From an uncultured delta proteobacterium (lineage in GTDB: Bacteria; Desulfobacterota; Binatia; UBA9968): 64,000 bases of DNA. The DNA is taken from assembly GCA_963804165.1 (NCBI GenBank), contig CAWDPO010000002.1:160001-224000 (forward strand). Reading direction: 5' to 3'. Shown here piece by piece: positions 43,327 through 52,229 of the stretch. A program made the translations under genes and the position numbers. Under the pieces are notes generated by a model. The model searched no databases. It was given only the letters and a program-made list of their open reading frames with translations, and was not told the origin of the DNA. Each line of letters opens with the position of its first letter. Within the stretch, counting starts at the first letter, position 1.

Positions 43327-44481
43327 TTATGAAATGCGGTAGTGCTTCAGCTTATCTTCGTCGAGCTCGATACCGAGCCCTGGTTTGGCGGACACAATCA
43401 CGTCGCCGTCGGCATAATCGAACGGCTCCTGGATAATATCGTCCTGATAATAGATACCGGCGATGCCGCCTTTGCCCTTTCCTTTCGGCGTCGACACCGG
43501 CACGACGCAACCATACGTGACTACGGCGGTCGATGCCGCGAGATGAATGTTCGCGGCGTTGCCGACGCCGGTTTCCACCGAGCCGTTGACGTTGCACTTG
43601 AGTCCCGCCGCTTCAGCAACGGCGGCGACCTTCTTCGCTTTAAACATACCGCCGGGCTTGGTCGTGTAGATGGAAATAATGTCCGCCGCTTTCTTCCGAA
43701 CGATTTCAATCACATCCTGCGCCGTCCAGGCGCTCTCGTCCGCCATGATCGGTGTATCGACGCGGCGCGCCACTTCGGCCATCTGATCGATGCCCTCGAC
43801 CGGCTGCTCCATGTAGAGCAGGTTGAACTCTTCCATCGCTCTAATAATCTTCACGGCGGCTTTGGGCGTCGGGTAACCCTGATTGGCGTCGACGCAAATA
43901 TGCAAATCCGGCCCGATCGCTTTACGAATCCGTCGAACCACGTCGACGTCGCGCTGTTCATCGACGCCACCTTTGAGTTTGATCGTCTTCACGCCCTCAG
44001 TCTTCACCTGCAGCGCCTCTTCCACAGCTTTGTCGATTTCCATCAGCCCTAAACTGTGTGCGATGGGCACGCGCTCGCGCACGAGACCACCCAGCAATTG
44101 ATACGCGGGAACTTCGAGCGCCTTGCCGACAACGTCATAAAGCGCAGCATCGATCGCCGCCTTGCAGTACGGGTAACCTTTGACCGCTTTGTCCATCAAC
44201 GCGTGGATCGACTCGAACCGGCGCGGATCTTGGCCGGCCAATGCCGGCGCGAGGATGTCGTTGATAATATAGGCCGTGGTCTGCGGCGTCTCGCCGAAGT
44301 ATTTGCCGTGATCGCCGCCCCAATCTTTCAGTACCGGCGCCTCGCCGAGGCCGGTCAAACCTTCGTCGGTGTGAAGCTTGATAATCACGTACACGCCGAT
44401 CGGCGTCGTCAGACTCGCCCACTGATGCACGCGCCGCGTCGGCAGGCGAATGGGAATTGTTTCGATGGTGGTAATTTTCAT
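43327..44481 (-). CDS. Enolase superfamily, muconate cycloisomerase-like
   Basis: KLK, VDANQ, EQP, MADES, KPGG, PGLG. Confidence 0.9.
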   Translation of the reverse strand: MKITTIETIPIRLPTRRVHQWASLTTPIGVYVIIKLHTDEGLTGLGEAPVLKDWGGDHGKYFGETPQTTAYIINDILAPALAGQDPRRFESIHALMDKAVKGYPYCKAAIDAALYDVVGKALEVPAYQLLGGLVRERVPIAHSLGLMEIDKAVEEALQVKTEGVKTIKLKGGVDEQRDVDVVRRIRKAIGPDLHICVDANQGYPTPKAAVKIIRAMEEFNLLYMEQPVEGIDQMAEVARRVDTPIMADESAWTAQDVIEIVRKKAADIISIYTTKPGGMFKAKKVAAVAEAAGLKCNVNGSVETGVGNAANIHLAASTAVVTYGCVVPVSTPKGKGKGGIAGIYYQDDIIQEPFDYADGDVIVSAKPGLGIELDEDKLKHYRIS

Positions 44482-44482
44482 C

Positions 44483-45595
44483 TTAGCCAACTCTCAGCAG
44501 AGTATCCGTCGGTGTGACATCGGAAAGCAACTCACAGCCGTTTTCCGTCACGCAGAACATATCTTTATTTTGCATGCCGAATCGGCCCGGAATATAAAGC
44601 AGCGGTTCGAAGGCGCCGACCATGCCGGCTTCAACGATCTGGTTGCCGTAACGACCCATATAAGGCTCCTCGTGAAGATGCAGCCCAATGCCGTGCGCGA
44701 CAAAGCTGATCGGCTCAAAACCGAGGGCGCTGAATTTTTGCAGAAACTTATGGTAAACCTCCGCGCAGCTCGCGCCGGGTTTGATCAAATCCATGACCAG
44801 ATACTTGCATTCGATCAAGTTCGACCAAATCTTATACTGCTCGGCGCTCGCGTCTCCGACCACAGCGGTTCTACAAACGCCGGTCAGGTAGCCACTCTTC
44901 TGACCGAAGATTTCCATGCGAATCAGATCGCCATGTTTAAGCCTTCGGTCCGTCGGCCCCACGTTGGGAAATTGGCTGCGCTCGCCGGAGGCGATGATCA
45001 TGAGTTTGTAACTCTCCGCGCCGCCGCCGAACAGTGAAGTCAGTAAAGTACCAGCGAGTTCCATTTCGCTCATGCCGATTTTCGCCGAACTGAGCGCCTC
45101 GCCGATGGCCCGATCCGTGAGCTTGCTGAGAGACCGCAGCAGGGCCAGTTCGGTGGACGTCTTGATCTGGCGCGCCCGATCGAAGACCGCATCGGCCGCG
45201 ACCCATTCCAAACCGGGCAGCAGTTTATGCAGCGTCGCAAAGTCCTTGGCCGGCAAAAACGCCATCTCGACGCCCACCCGCGCCTGATTCAAGCCCAAAT
45301 CCGTTATCGCGTCAGCAAGTTTCTCCATGGGATCATCGGAAAACTCGCGATAAATCCTGAGGTCGTCGATCCCGGCATGCGCCTTGACCGTCGTCGCCTC
45401 CATGTCGATGGCGACCATCGCGATCCGTCCGTCCGCCCTAACGATGCATGCCGCATGGCGCCAGCGCATGAGAGCCTGCGAGGGCACGACGAAACCCGAT
45501 ACATAGGTGACATTTTCCGGAGAGATGGCGACGAGCGCATCGAGACTTTGGGCAGCCATGCTCCGGGTGAGACGCGAAATTATTTCCTGGTCCAT
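44483..45595 (-). CDS. M24 family (Xaa-Pro peptidase/creatinase-like) protein
   Basis: ENVTYVSG, RQIKT, AHGIGLHLHEEP, AFEP. Confidence 0.88.
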   Translation of the reverse strand: MDQEIISRLTRSMAAQSLDALVAISPENVTYVSGFVVPSQALMRWRHAACIVRADGRIAMVAIDMEATTVKAHAGIDDLRIYREFSDDPMEKLADAITDLGLNQARVGVEMAFLPAKDFATLHKLLPGLEWVAADAVFDRARQIKTSTELALLRSLSKLTDRAIGEALSSAKIGMSEMELAGTLLTSLFGGGAESYKLMIIASGERSQFPNVGPTDRRLKHGDLIRMEIFGQKSGYLTGVCRTAVVGDASAEQYKIWSNLIECKYLVMDLIKPGASCAEVYHKFLQKFSALGFEPISFVAHGIGLHLHEEPYMGRYGNQIVEAGMVGAFEPLLYIPGRFGMQNKDMFCVTENGCELLSDVTPTDTLLRVG

Positions 45596-45620
45596 GCTCG
45601 ATTGAGATGATTGAGCGATG

Positions 45621-45649
45621 AGAATATCGACTGGTCCTCAGAGGGTCAA
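45621..45649 (-). promoter_or_regulatory. Putative sigma70 promoter for the M24-MLE-opine dehydrogenase operon
   Basis: TTGACC-N17-TATTCT, 25 bp upstream of ATG 45595. Confidence 0.5.
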
Positions 45650-45660
45650 GCGCTTCGCGC

Positions 45661-46635
45661 CTATGGCGCCGAGCGCTCTTTCGCGAGGGTCATCTCCACC
45701 GGCGCATTGCCTTGATCGTCCATGATTTTCAGCCGAATCTCATTGCCGGCCAATTTTCCCTCATAACGATTTCGCCGCAGCCGCGTCGTGGATCCGGAGA
45801 TCTCTTCAAACCCGACGCTGAATGTAACCGTCTCGCCGACTATTTGACCGCTCTCAATTCCGCGCTTTGCGCCGAGAAAGCTCGCCGTGCCGAAGAGCTT
45901 GTCGCCCTCCGGTTGGAAAAGAAAATGTTCCGTGTATTTTGCCCCCCACGGATAGGCAACCTCGCCCTGCCAAGCACCGGTAAAAGCCGCCGCCTTCGAC
46001 GGCGCCTGTCCGGTCCGGGCAGCCGGCGGCGCGGCATTTTCCTTGCTCGTCTGCCACCACACCGCCAGCGACATCAGCAGGAAAATCAGCGGCACTTTCC
46101 ATACCATCCGGCGCAACAGTTTTTTCCGCAACTCGTCCCTGGCGTCGGAGGCGATGCCCGTCGTCGATTTACCTAGCGCCGGGATTTTTTCGAGCGCCTG
46201 GATCAGCAGATCGACATCTCGCTGAAATTCGTTATCGTTCAAGATCGCGGCATTCTTACCGGCAAGATCTCGCAGATCGTGGCGCAGCTCTTCGGCCCTC
46301 GGCATGCTCGCGCCGCCGACCAAAACCGGGATGACGAGAACGCTGCGCTGCAAGGCAAGCGCCACTTCCATGCCGACAAAGTCATTGGGATCGCTTAAAC
46401 GCAGCTGGCCGTTGGCGGCGCGGGCCGTCAACCAGTTCTTGCCGATCACGGCGAGCAGGGCGTCGCACGAGGCGACTTTGGCGCCGATGTGTGCCGCGAA
46501 ATCCGCTCCCGGGGGGATATCGTCCACGTCCATGAAGATCTGATCCGCGCCGAAACGGCTCGACAGCCGGTCGTACAACCGCCCCGCGTACGGGGCGCTG
46601 TCCTCTCTACGATAGTTGATGAAGATTCCGGACAT
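45661..46635 (-). CDS. TIR domain - TM helix - predicted periplasmic beta-barrel protein
   Basis: IFINYRREDS, IFMDVDDIPPG, DFVGMEVALAL, IPVLV; basic stretch then TM VPLIFLLMSLAVWW; C-terminal FTGAWQG..YEGKLAG beta strands. Confidence 0.88.
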   Translation of the reverse strand: MSGIFINYRREDSAPYAGRLYDRLSSRFGADQIFMDVDDIPPGADFAAHIGAKVASCDALLAVIGKNWLTARAANGQLRLSDPNDFVGMEVALALQRSVLVIPVLVGGASMPRAEELRHDLRDLAGKNAAILNDNEFQRDVDLLIQALEKIPALGKSTTGIASDARDELRKKLLRRMVWKVPLIFLLMSLAVWWQTSKENAAPPAARTGQAPSKAAAFTGAWQGEVAYPWGAKYTEHFLFQPEGDKLFGTASFLGAKRGIESGQIVGETVTFSVGFEEISGSTTRLRRNRYEGKLAGNEIRLKIMDDQGNAPVEMTLAKERSAP

Positions 46636-46676
46636 GCGAAAGAAGGGAAAGCTCGACCGACAGGGATCGCAAAGTC

Positions 46677-47675
46677 TTAGAAGCGAAAACTGCCTCGGAT
46701 GGTCGTGCGCAGCCCGTCAACGGTCGGTACGCCGTATCTACGATCGAGCAGATTGCCGGATCGATCGAAAAAGACCAAGGTTGTTTCGCGCACGCCGAAA
46801 CGACCTGCAAATTGTTGACCCTCGGCTGAACTCAAGTCGACCATCAGAAACGCAATTCGATCTGCAAATTCCGGACGGAGCACGTCGACGACGTGCTTTA
46901 GCTGCACGCAATGGTCTCAGCCGGGGCTGTAGACCTGCACGATCGTGGGATATCTGCCGATGGCGTCAAAGCCGGCGTAATTCAGCGCGTTGACGACCGG
47001 GACCGGTTGCGACGGGATAACCGGCAGGTCAGGCTGCTCCGACTGTTGCTCATACAGACTCACCATGACACCGATAACACCCGCGGCCACCACCCAACCG
47101 ATGTGCTTCTTTTGTTTCCACCAGGGAGTCTTATCTGAATCCTTTTTGAGCCGAGGACCGAGGAACGACTCCAGGGATTGCACCAGTTGATCGACGTCGA
47201 ACTCCCATCTACGATCGCTCAATTCATACGCCTGACGACGGGCGAGGGTTTGGAGCTCGACGGGCAACTGCTCCGCCTTCGGCATCGCCGCGCCGCCGAC
47301 CAGAACGGGAATCACCCGCGTGTTGCGTGTGAGCGCCGTGCCAATTTCCAAACGAATAAAATCATTGGAATCATCGAGACGCCGGCGGCCTTCACCATCC
47401 TTGGCGGACAACCAATTCGGGCCGATGATGGCCAAGAGCACCGGACACTGACTAACGGCTCGATTCAGAGCGTCGACAAAATCCGCTCCCGGCTCAATGG
47501 TTTCGATATCGCGAAAGGTGCGATTAGGGCCAAAGAACTTCTTCAGATCGTCGGTCAAACGCCCGGCGTCGCCCCGAGAATCGTCTCTTCTATAACTGAT
47601 GAAGATACGCGGGCTGTTTTTGCTTTTGTCGCCGAAGATCCGGTCCAACCCAAGCATTTCTAGAAGCGTGCTCAT
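46677..47675 (-). CDS. TIR domain - TM - thioredoxin-like fusion with in-frame UGA (putative selenocysteine, UxxC), 332 aa
   Basis: ORF 46917..47675 ends in TGA in frame with ORF 46677..46907; readthrough gives PTIVQVYSPG-U-DHCVQLK...IAFLMVD...FGVRETTLVFFDRSG. Confidence 0.82.
46879..46897 (-). promoter_or_regulatory. Candidate bacterial SECIS hairpin
   Basis: AGCACGUC-GUC-GACGUGCU: 8-bp perfect stem, loop starting with GU at +28 nt after the UGA. Confidence 0.62.
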
Positions 47676-47854
47676 CGAGAATCTCCATCGCGTACCGCTA
47701 AACTCCTCGCCTTAATCATGGCAGATCCGTTCAATCTACCGTAGGGAGATCGCGCTCCGCTCGTATTCTGACCCAGCAGTTTGTTGAATAAGTCGTTGGT
47801 CCTTTGCCGTCACACCGGCGAAAGCCTGTATCCATGTGTCTTTGAAATTTCTCG

Positions 47855-48009
47855 CCGCAAATCTCCCCTTCCCCTCTTTAGCAAAAGAGGGCTCAGAATC
47901 GCACGGAGAAAATTCTCCCTTTGAAAAGGGAACCAAGGAGGATTTGAGTTCACCTCGGTTGCTGCCATCGTTTGGACTCTTTAAACGAACTTCTAAGACG
48001 TCACACGAG
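47855..48009. mobile_element. Diverged partial copy of the CTAG MITE (right end retained), preceded by a half GTCA REP
   Basis: AAATCTCCCCTTCCCCTCTTTAGCAAAAGAGGG...GCTGCCATCGTTTGGACTCTTTAAACGAACTTCTAAGACGTCACACGAG matches 57262-57414. Confidence 0.75.
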
Positions 48010-48161
48010 TTCGTCCATTGATCATTTTCATTTCAAAGAATTTGATCCCAATGCTCGTGCAGGTATTATTATACAGATTTTTCTGAGCGGTGGGGTAGTT
48101 TTTTAAGGAAAGGATATCGCGCCGATCAATCCCATCGTGATTCACATCGATACGACGTGCC

Positions 48162-49139
48162 CTACTTCCCGCCGGCTTCGCGCTTCACGTCCCTCAGCAA
48201 GCGAAAATCGACGACCTTGTCCACCGGAATCTCGCCGATATTTTTCTCCATCCGCCGGATCAGCTCGAAATGGATCTTGAGCTGCTTTTCGCCGATGATG
48301 CCGTCCTCGTTGAGCGCCTTGACGATCGCTTGATAAGATCCTTTGGCGATTTCGGAATCGACTTTCCATTCTTTTTGGATCACCCCGATCGTGCCCTCGG
48401 GATTTTCTTTGGCGTAACGCAGGCCTCGATACAGCGCTCTGACGACTTTCTTTACTTCCTGCGGATGTTCCTTGATGCGTTGCTCGGTCGTGGTGTAGCC
48501 GTTGCTCGCGAATTCGACGACGTCTCCGACAAACGATACTTCGTTATAACCTTCCCGTCTCAGTACGGCGACGGCCGGCACGGGAACGATGATCGCGCTG
48601 ACCGATCCGGCTCGCAGTGCCGCCATGCGTGTTCCCTCGGCGCCGATCTGAATGAGCAACGCATCACGCTCCGGTTCGACGCCGAAATGCTTCAGCGCCA
48701 AACGCGCCGAGAGATCGGAAGTACCGCCGAACTGGCTGACCCCCACTCGCTTGCCCTTGAGCTCAGCGACCGAGCGAATGTCTTTTTGCGCCACCAGATA
48801 GTACATCGGCCGGTTGGCGCCGTAGAAGATCGCTTTCAAAGGCATTCCGCGCGCCGCCAGCCGCAACCCCGAATCGGCCAATCCGTGATAATGTACTTCG
48901 CCTGCCAGAAGAGCATTTTGCGCCATCGCCGGAACCAGTCTCGGCAGTTCGATTTCGATCCCTTCGTCTTTGAAAAATCCCCTATGAACCGCGACGAACA
49001 GCGGCAAATAGCCCATCGAATTGCCCGGCAGCGCGAACTTGATGGCATCGGCGGCCGACGCTGAACGATTCGAACCTGGAACATGAACGGCGACGACCAA
49101 GGCGGCGATCACAAGATAGCGAGAAAAAAATCCGTGCAT
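48162..49139 (-). CDS. ABC-type solute-binding protein, NMT1/SsuA family
   Basis: GFFKDEGIEIE, LKGKRVGVSQFGGTSD. Confidence 0.88.
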   Translation of the reverse strand: MHGFFSRYLVIAALVVAVHVPGSNRSASAADAIKFALPGNSMGYLPLFVAVHRGFFKDEGIEIELPRLVPAMAQNALLAGEVHYHGLADSGLRLAARGMPLKAIFYGANRPMYYLVAQKDIRSVAELKGKRVGVSQFGGTSDLSARLALKHFGVEPERDALLIQIGAEGTRMAALRAGSVSAIIVPVPAVAVLRREGYNEVSFVGDVVEFASNGYTTTEQRIKEHPQEVKKVVRALYRGLRYAKENPEGTIGVIQKEWKVDSEIAKGSYQAIVKALNEDGIIGEKQLKIHFELIRRMEKNIGEIPVDKVVDFRLLRDVKREAGGK

Positions 49140-49169
49140 TCTATGAATCTCCTCAAGGCTGCAAAAGCT

Positions 49170-49731
49170 TCACTTCGTGTTACCCGCCTGTGACAGCGCA
49201 TCGGTCGGATTGAATTGAAACTGAAACGGGATTTCCTTGCTGTCGATCGGCAAGCGATAGTGATCGGGATCTTCATAGCTGTAGCAATCGCTGACGAGGT
49301 TGAGCAAGATGCTCGGCGCGCTCGCGACGTTCTGCACGCCGTGCCAAACACCGGCCGGCACCGTAACCAGCGCGGGCCGCACGCCACCGAAACGGAACTG
49401 GTTCAACTGGCCGTGGGTTGAAGAACCTTGCCGCGCATCATAGAGCACGATCAGCACTCGCCCATAGGCAGCAAACAACCGATCGGTCGTCTTGGCATGG
49501 GCGTGCCACGCCGATACCGCGCCCGGTTCGAGCATCGTTTGAAACACCTGAGCGACGTTTCCCGGCACCATGTGCCAATCGTCAGGTTCGGTCAAGTAAC
49601 CGCGGCTGGTGACGACGTTCTTAACTTCGACTACGGACGACGCCGTCGATCAAGTGTTGATCGACAATTTGCCAGTCGCGGGTCACGCTTTGCCGGTCCT
49701 TGACCATCCCCGGCAGTGTCCAGTTTTGCAC
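49170..49731 (-). CDS. dTDP-4-dehydrorhamnose 3,5-epimerase-like cupin (RmlC family), frameshifted N-terminus
   Basis: AWHAH, VLYDARQGSST, VPAGVWHG, YEDPDHYRLP; upstream LIDGV...RGYLTE in other frames. Confidence 0.75.
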
Positions 49732-49732
49732 G

Positions 49733-50743
49733 TTATTTCTTTGATTCATGAGTTATGCTCCGAGTATCGTTTAATCCGCGGCGCCGCAAGGATTCGAGTC
49801 CCCGCAGCCGGCGCAATTCGTCGATCACCGCGCCTTTGCCCCGTCCTTTGAGCCGTGCTCTGATGGCGCGCGGATGCACCCCCAGCCACAATGCCGGGAG
49901 GTAAATTAATTTCCGCAGGGCTCGAATAAAACTGAAATGTATCTTTGGCGCAACCGCCCGCCCCGTCAATTGCAGCGCGATTTGCGCGAGTATCTGTTCG
50001 CGAAAACGGGGATTGTCGCGCATTTGCTGCGCGTAATAGGCGTTTTCGTAGTCTTCGCGAAGGCGATAGACGTCCTGCCGCGCGCCGGATTGCACCGCTA
50101 GAACGCTGACGCCGTGCGTGGATCGCAATTTCTTTCCAGCGCGAACAGCGCGGAAAAGAAAATCTTGCGACGATTCGATGACGCACTCCATCGCGGGTCG
50201 CCATGGACCGATGGATTCGACCAGCGAACGCTGCAGCAACCACGACGACGCGGGCGCAAATACATAGGGCTCATAACGGTCGGAGCCACTGACCCCCAGT
50301 AATCGGAAGCGCCAGTCATTGCCCGCCAATTGTTCGGGTGTTCGTCGCGCCGCGGCCGCCGTGGTGGCAAACACCAAGTCGGCATTGGTCTTTTCCAAAC
50401 ATTGCCGGCAAGTGTCGAGATGATCGGGAAAATAAAAATCGTCGTGGTTCAAATAAGCGATATATTTCCCGCGCGCCAACTTGAAGCCTTCGTTATTGGG
50501 ACCGGACTGTTCGCCGAAATTGCTTGTCAGGTTGTGGAAGCGAATGCGATTGTCTCCGAACGATGCAACCACCTCTTCGGTGTCGTCGGTGCAGGCATCG
50601 CCGATCACCAGCAACTCCCAATCGGCAAACTCTGATCGAAGCACGCTCTCGATGCTATAGCGCAATACGTTGCTGCGGTTATAGGTGGCGGTGATCACAC
50701 TGATAGCCGGCCGCGGCTGTGTAACGGTCATCTTTTCAATCAC
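49733..50743 (-). CDS. Glycosyltransferase family 2
   Basis: ISVITATYNR, IGDACTD, ARGKYIAYLNHDD. Confidence 0.9.
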   Translation of the reverse strand: MIEKMTVTQPRPAISVITATYNRSNVLRYSIESVLRSEFADWELLVIGDACTDDTEEVVASFGDNRIRFHNLTSNFGEQSGPNNEGFKLARGKYIAYLNHDDFYFPDHLDTCRQCLEKTNADLVFATTAAAARRTPEQLAGNDWRFRLLGVSGSDRYEPYVFAPASSWLLQRSLVESIGPWRPAMECVIESSQDFLFRAVRAGKKLRSTHGVSVLAVQSGARQDVYRLREDYENAYYAQQMRDNPRFREQILAQIALQLTGRAVAPKIHFSFIRALRKLIYLPALWLGVHPRAIRARLKGRGKGAVIDELRRLRGLESLRRRGLNDTRSITHESKK

Positions 50744-50805
50744 TGCGCGTTCGTTTCTCCGCAGTTTGCCACGTAACTATACTATTCCAGTCCTTCTTGG
50801 AGTCC

Positions 50806-50881
50806 GTCATTCCCGAATGCTTCAATCGGGAATCCAGGCGAGTCGGGAATTGGACCCCCGATTAAACCATTCGAGGGCGAC
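50806..50881. repeat. GTCAT-type REP-like palindrome pair
   Basis: GTCATTCCCGAATGCTTCAATCGGGAATCCA...TGGACCCCCGATTAAACCATTCGAGGGCGAC. Confidence 0.7.
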
Positions 50882-50941
50882 TTCTATGGGATATATTTCA
50901 TCTTATATTCATGAAAGGGCCGCCGAGCCATAGATCCGACG

Positions 50942-52192
50942 CTAATCTCCGGCGCGCACGAGCGCCAACGGAAATTTGTTGAGACAGCGCGGACCCTTTT
51001 CTTCGATCGCAAAAAAGTCACCGACGAACAGGCCGCGAGTGTGGCTGCGGTCGACGATGTGCATTTGCAAAGTGAACACATGACCCGATTGGTAAACCAA
51101 CCTTCCGTTTTGATCGAAAAGAAAACGGTCCTCGGCGCTCTGCACCCGGTCGAAGCCGATCTGCGGCTCGTGGCGCGGATTGGCGCCGAGCATGCCCTGG
51201 AGAAAGCCGCCGTAAAACTCGCAACCGCTGTCGCGAATGAATTCCATCGCGGCGATCGAATCGTCGCTGCTCTTGCCGGGATAGAGCGTCGGCACCAACC
51301 GGCGATAGCCTTCCAGCGCGATATCGAACATCGCTTGATACTCGGACGTCGGCTCGCCGGTGAGCACCGGCCGGCCGCACTGCGCTTCGTAGCCGTTGTA
51401 AAAAATCCCCAACTCGTTGTTGATGATGTCGCGGTCACCGATGACTCGCTCCACCGGACGGGGCCGCTGATCGTTGATATCGGGATCGAGCATGGAGCAG
51501 GAAGCGATTTGAATCATGCCCATCTCGCCGCCCGCCTTGAGCACTGCTTCGTGGACGATACCGAACACTTCTCCCTCGGTCATGCCGGGCTTCACCCGGT
51601 CCCGCATGGCCTTCAGGCCGATGTCTCCCAGCTCCGCCGAGCGTTCAAGAAATTGAATCTCCTCTGCGCTCTTCAGCAATCGCATAGCGATGAATTCCTT
51701 GGTGACGAAGAGAAATTCCGCCTGGGGCAACTTCGCCGTGAAAAAGTCCCAGTGATTCTTCGGAATCGAAGTGTAGGGATCGTATTCGACGATGCCGACG
51801 CGGCCCCTGTCGTAGCCGCGCTCTTTGATTTCATTGACGATGCCGCCCAGCACGCTCGGCTTGCCGACGATGATGTTTCCCACCGCCGTGCGCGCCAGCA
51901 TCGCTCCGGCGAGCGAGTGGCCCGGCCGGGTAACCACCGCAGGCTCGCCGTCCTTCGGGAAAAAGCAATAATTCGCCATCTCCGCTTTGCCCATCATGTT
52001 GGTGACGTAACGGACGTTGAACCAACCTCGCCCGTAAGCGGCCGAGCCGCCGATGATGAGCAGGCAATCGAGATTCAACCCACGCATCATATTGCGGATG
52101 TTGGCGTAGCGCCGTTCGTACTCCGCCTCGGAAAAGCGCGGGTACGGAAAGCGTTTCTGCATCCGTGCGAGTTCTTCATCCGTGAGCAGCAT
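50942..52192 (-). CDS. M24 family creatinase-like protein
   Basis: FSEAEYERRY, NVRYVT, RLLKSAEEI, KPGMTEGE; lacks typical prolidase metal ligands. Confidence 0.8.
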   Translation of the reverse strand: MLLTDEELARMQKRFPYPRFSEAEYERRYANIRNMMRGLNLDCLLIIGGSAAYGRGWFNVRYVTNMMGKAEMANYCFFPKDGEPAVVTRPGHSLAGAMLARTAVGNIIVGKPSVLGGIVNEIKERGYDRGRVGIVEYDPYTSIPKNHWDFFTAKLPQAEFLFVTKEFIAMRLLKSAEEIQFLERSAELGDIGLKAMRDRVKPGMTEGEVFGIVHEAVLKAGGEMGMIQIASCSMLDPDINDQRPRPVERVIGDRDIINNELGIFYNGYEAQCGRPVLTGEPTSEYQAMFDIALEGYRRLVPTLYPGKSSDDSIAAMEFIRDSGCEFYGGFLQGMLGANPRHEPQIGFDRVQSAEDRFLFDQNGRLVYQSGHVFTLQMHIVDRSHTRGLFVGDFFAIEEKGPRCLNKFPLALVRAGD

Positions 52193-52229
52193 CGTTCCCT
52201 CACCAGTTGAGATGTGACCGACAAAGGTC

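Noticed and set aside
45661-47675. Thoeris, CBASS or Pycsar defence system
   Set aside because: No ThsA (SIR2/Macro), cyclase or STING/CAP12 partner nearby; both TIR proteins are single-pass membrane proteins.
49170-50743. O-antigen or capsule locus
   Set aside because: Only an isolated GT2 and RmlC-like pair; no rmlABD, flippase or polymerase.
51041-52210. Long antisense or alternative-frame ORFs (also 7102..7893, 12029..12835, 25584..26495, 37187..38314, 38516..39424, 53592..54497)
   Set aside because: Shadows of well-supported genes in high-GC DNA; no recognisable motifs.
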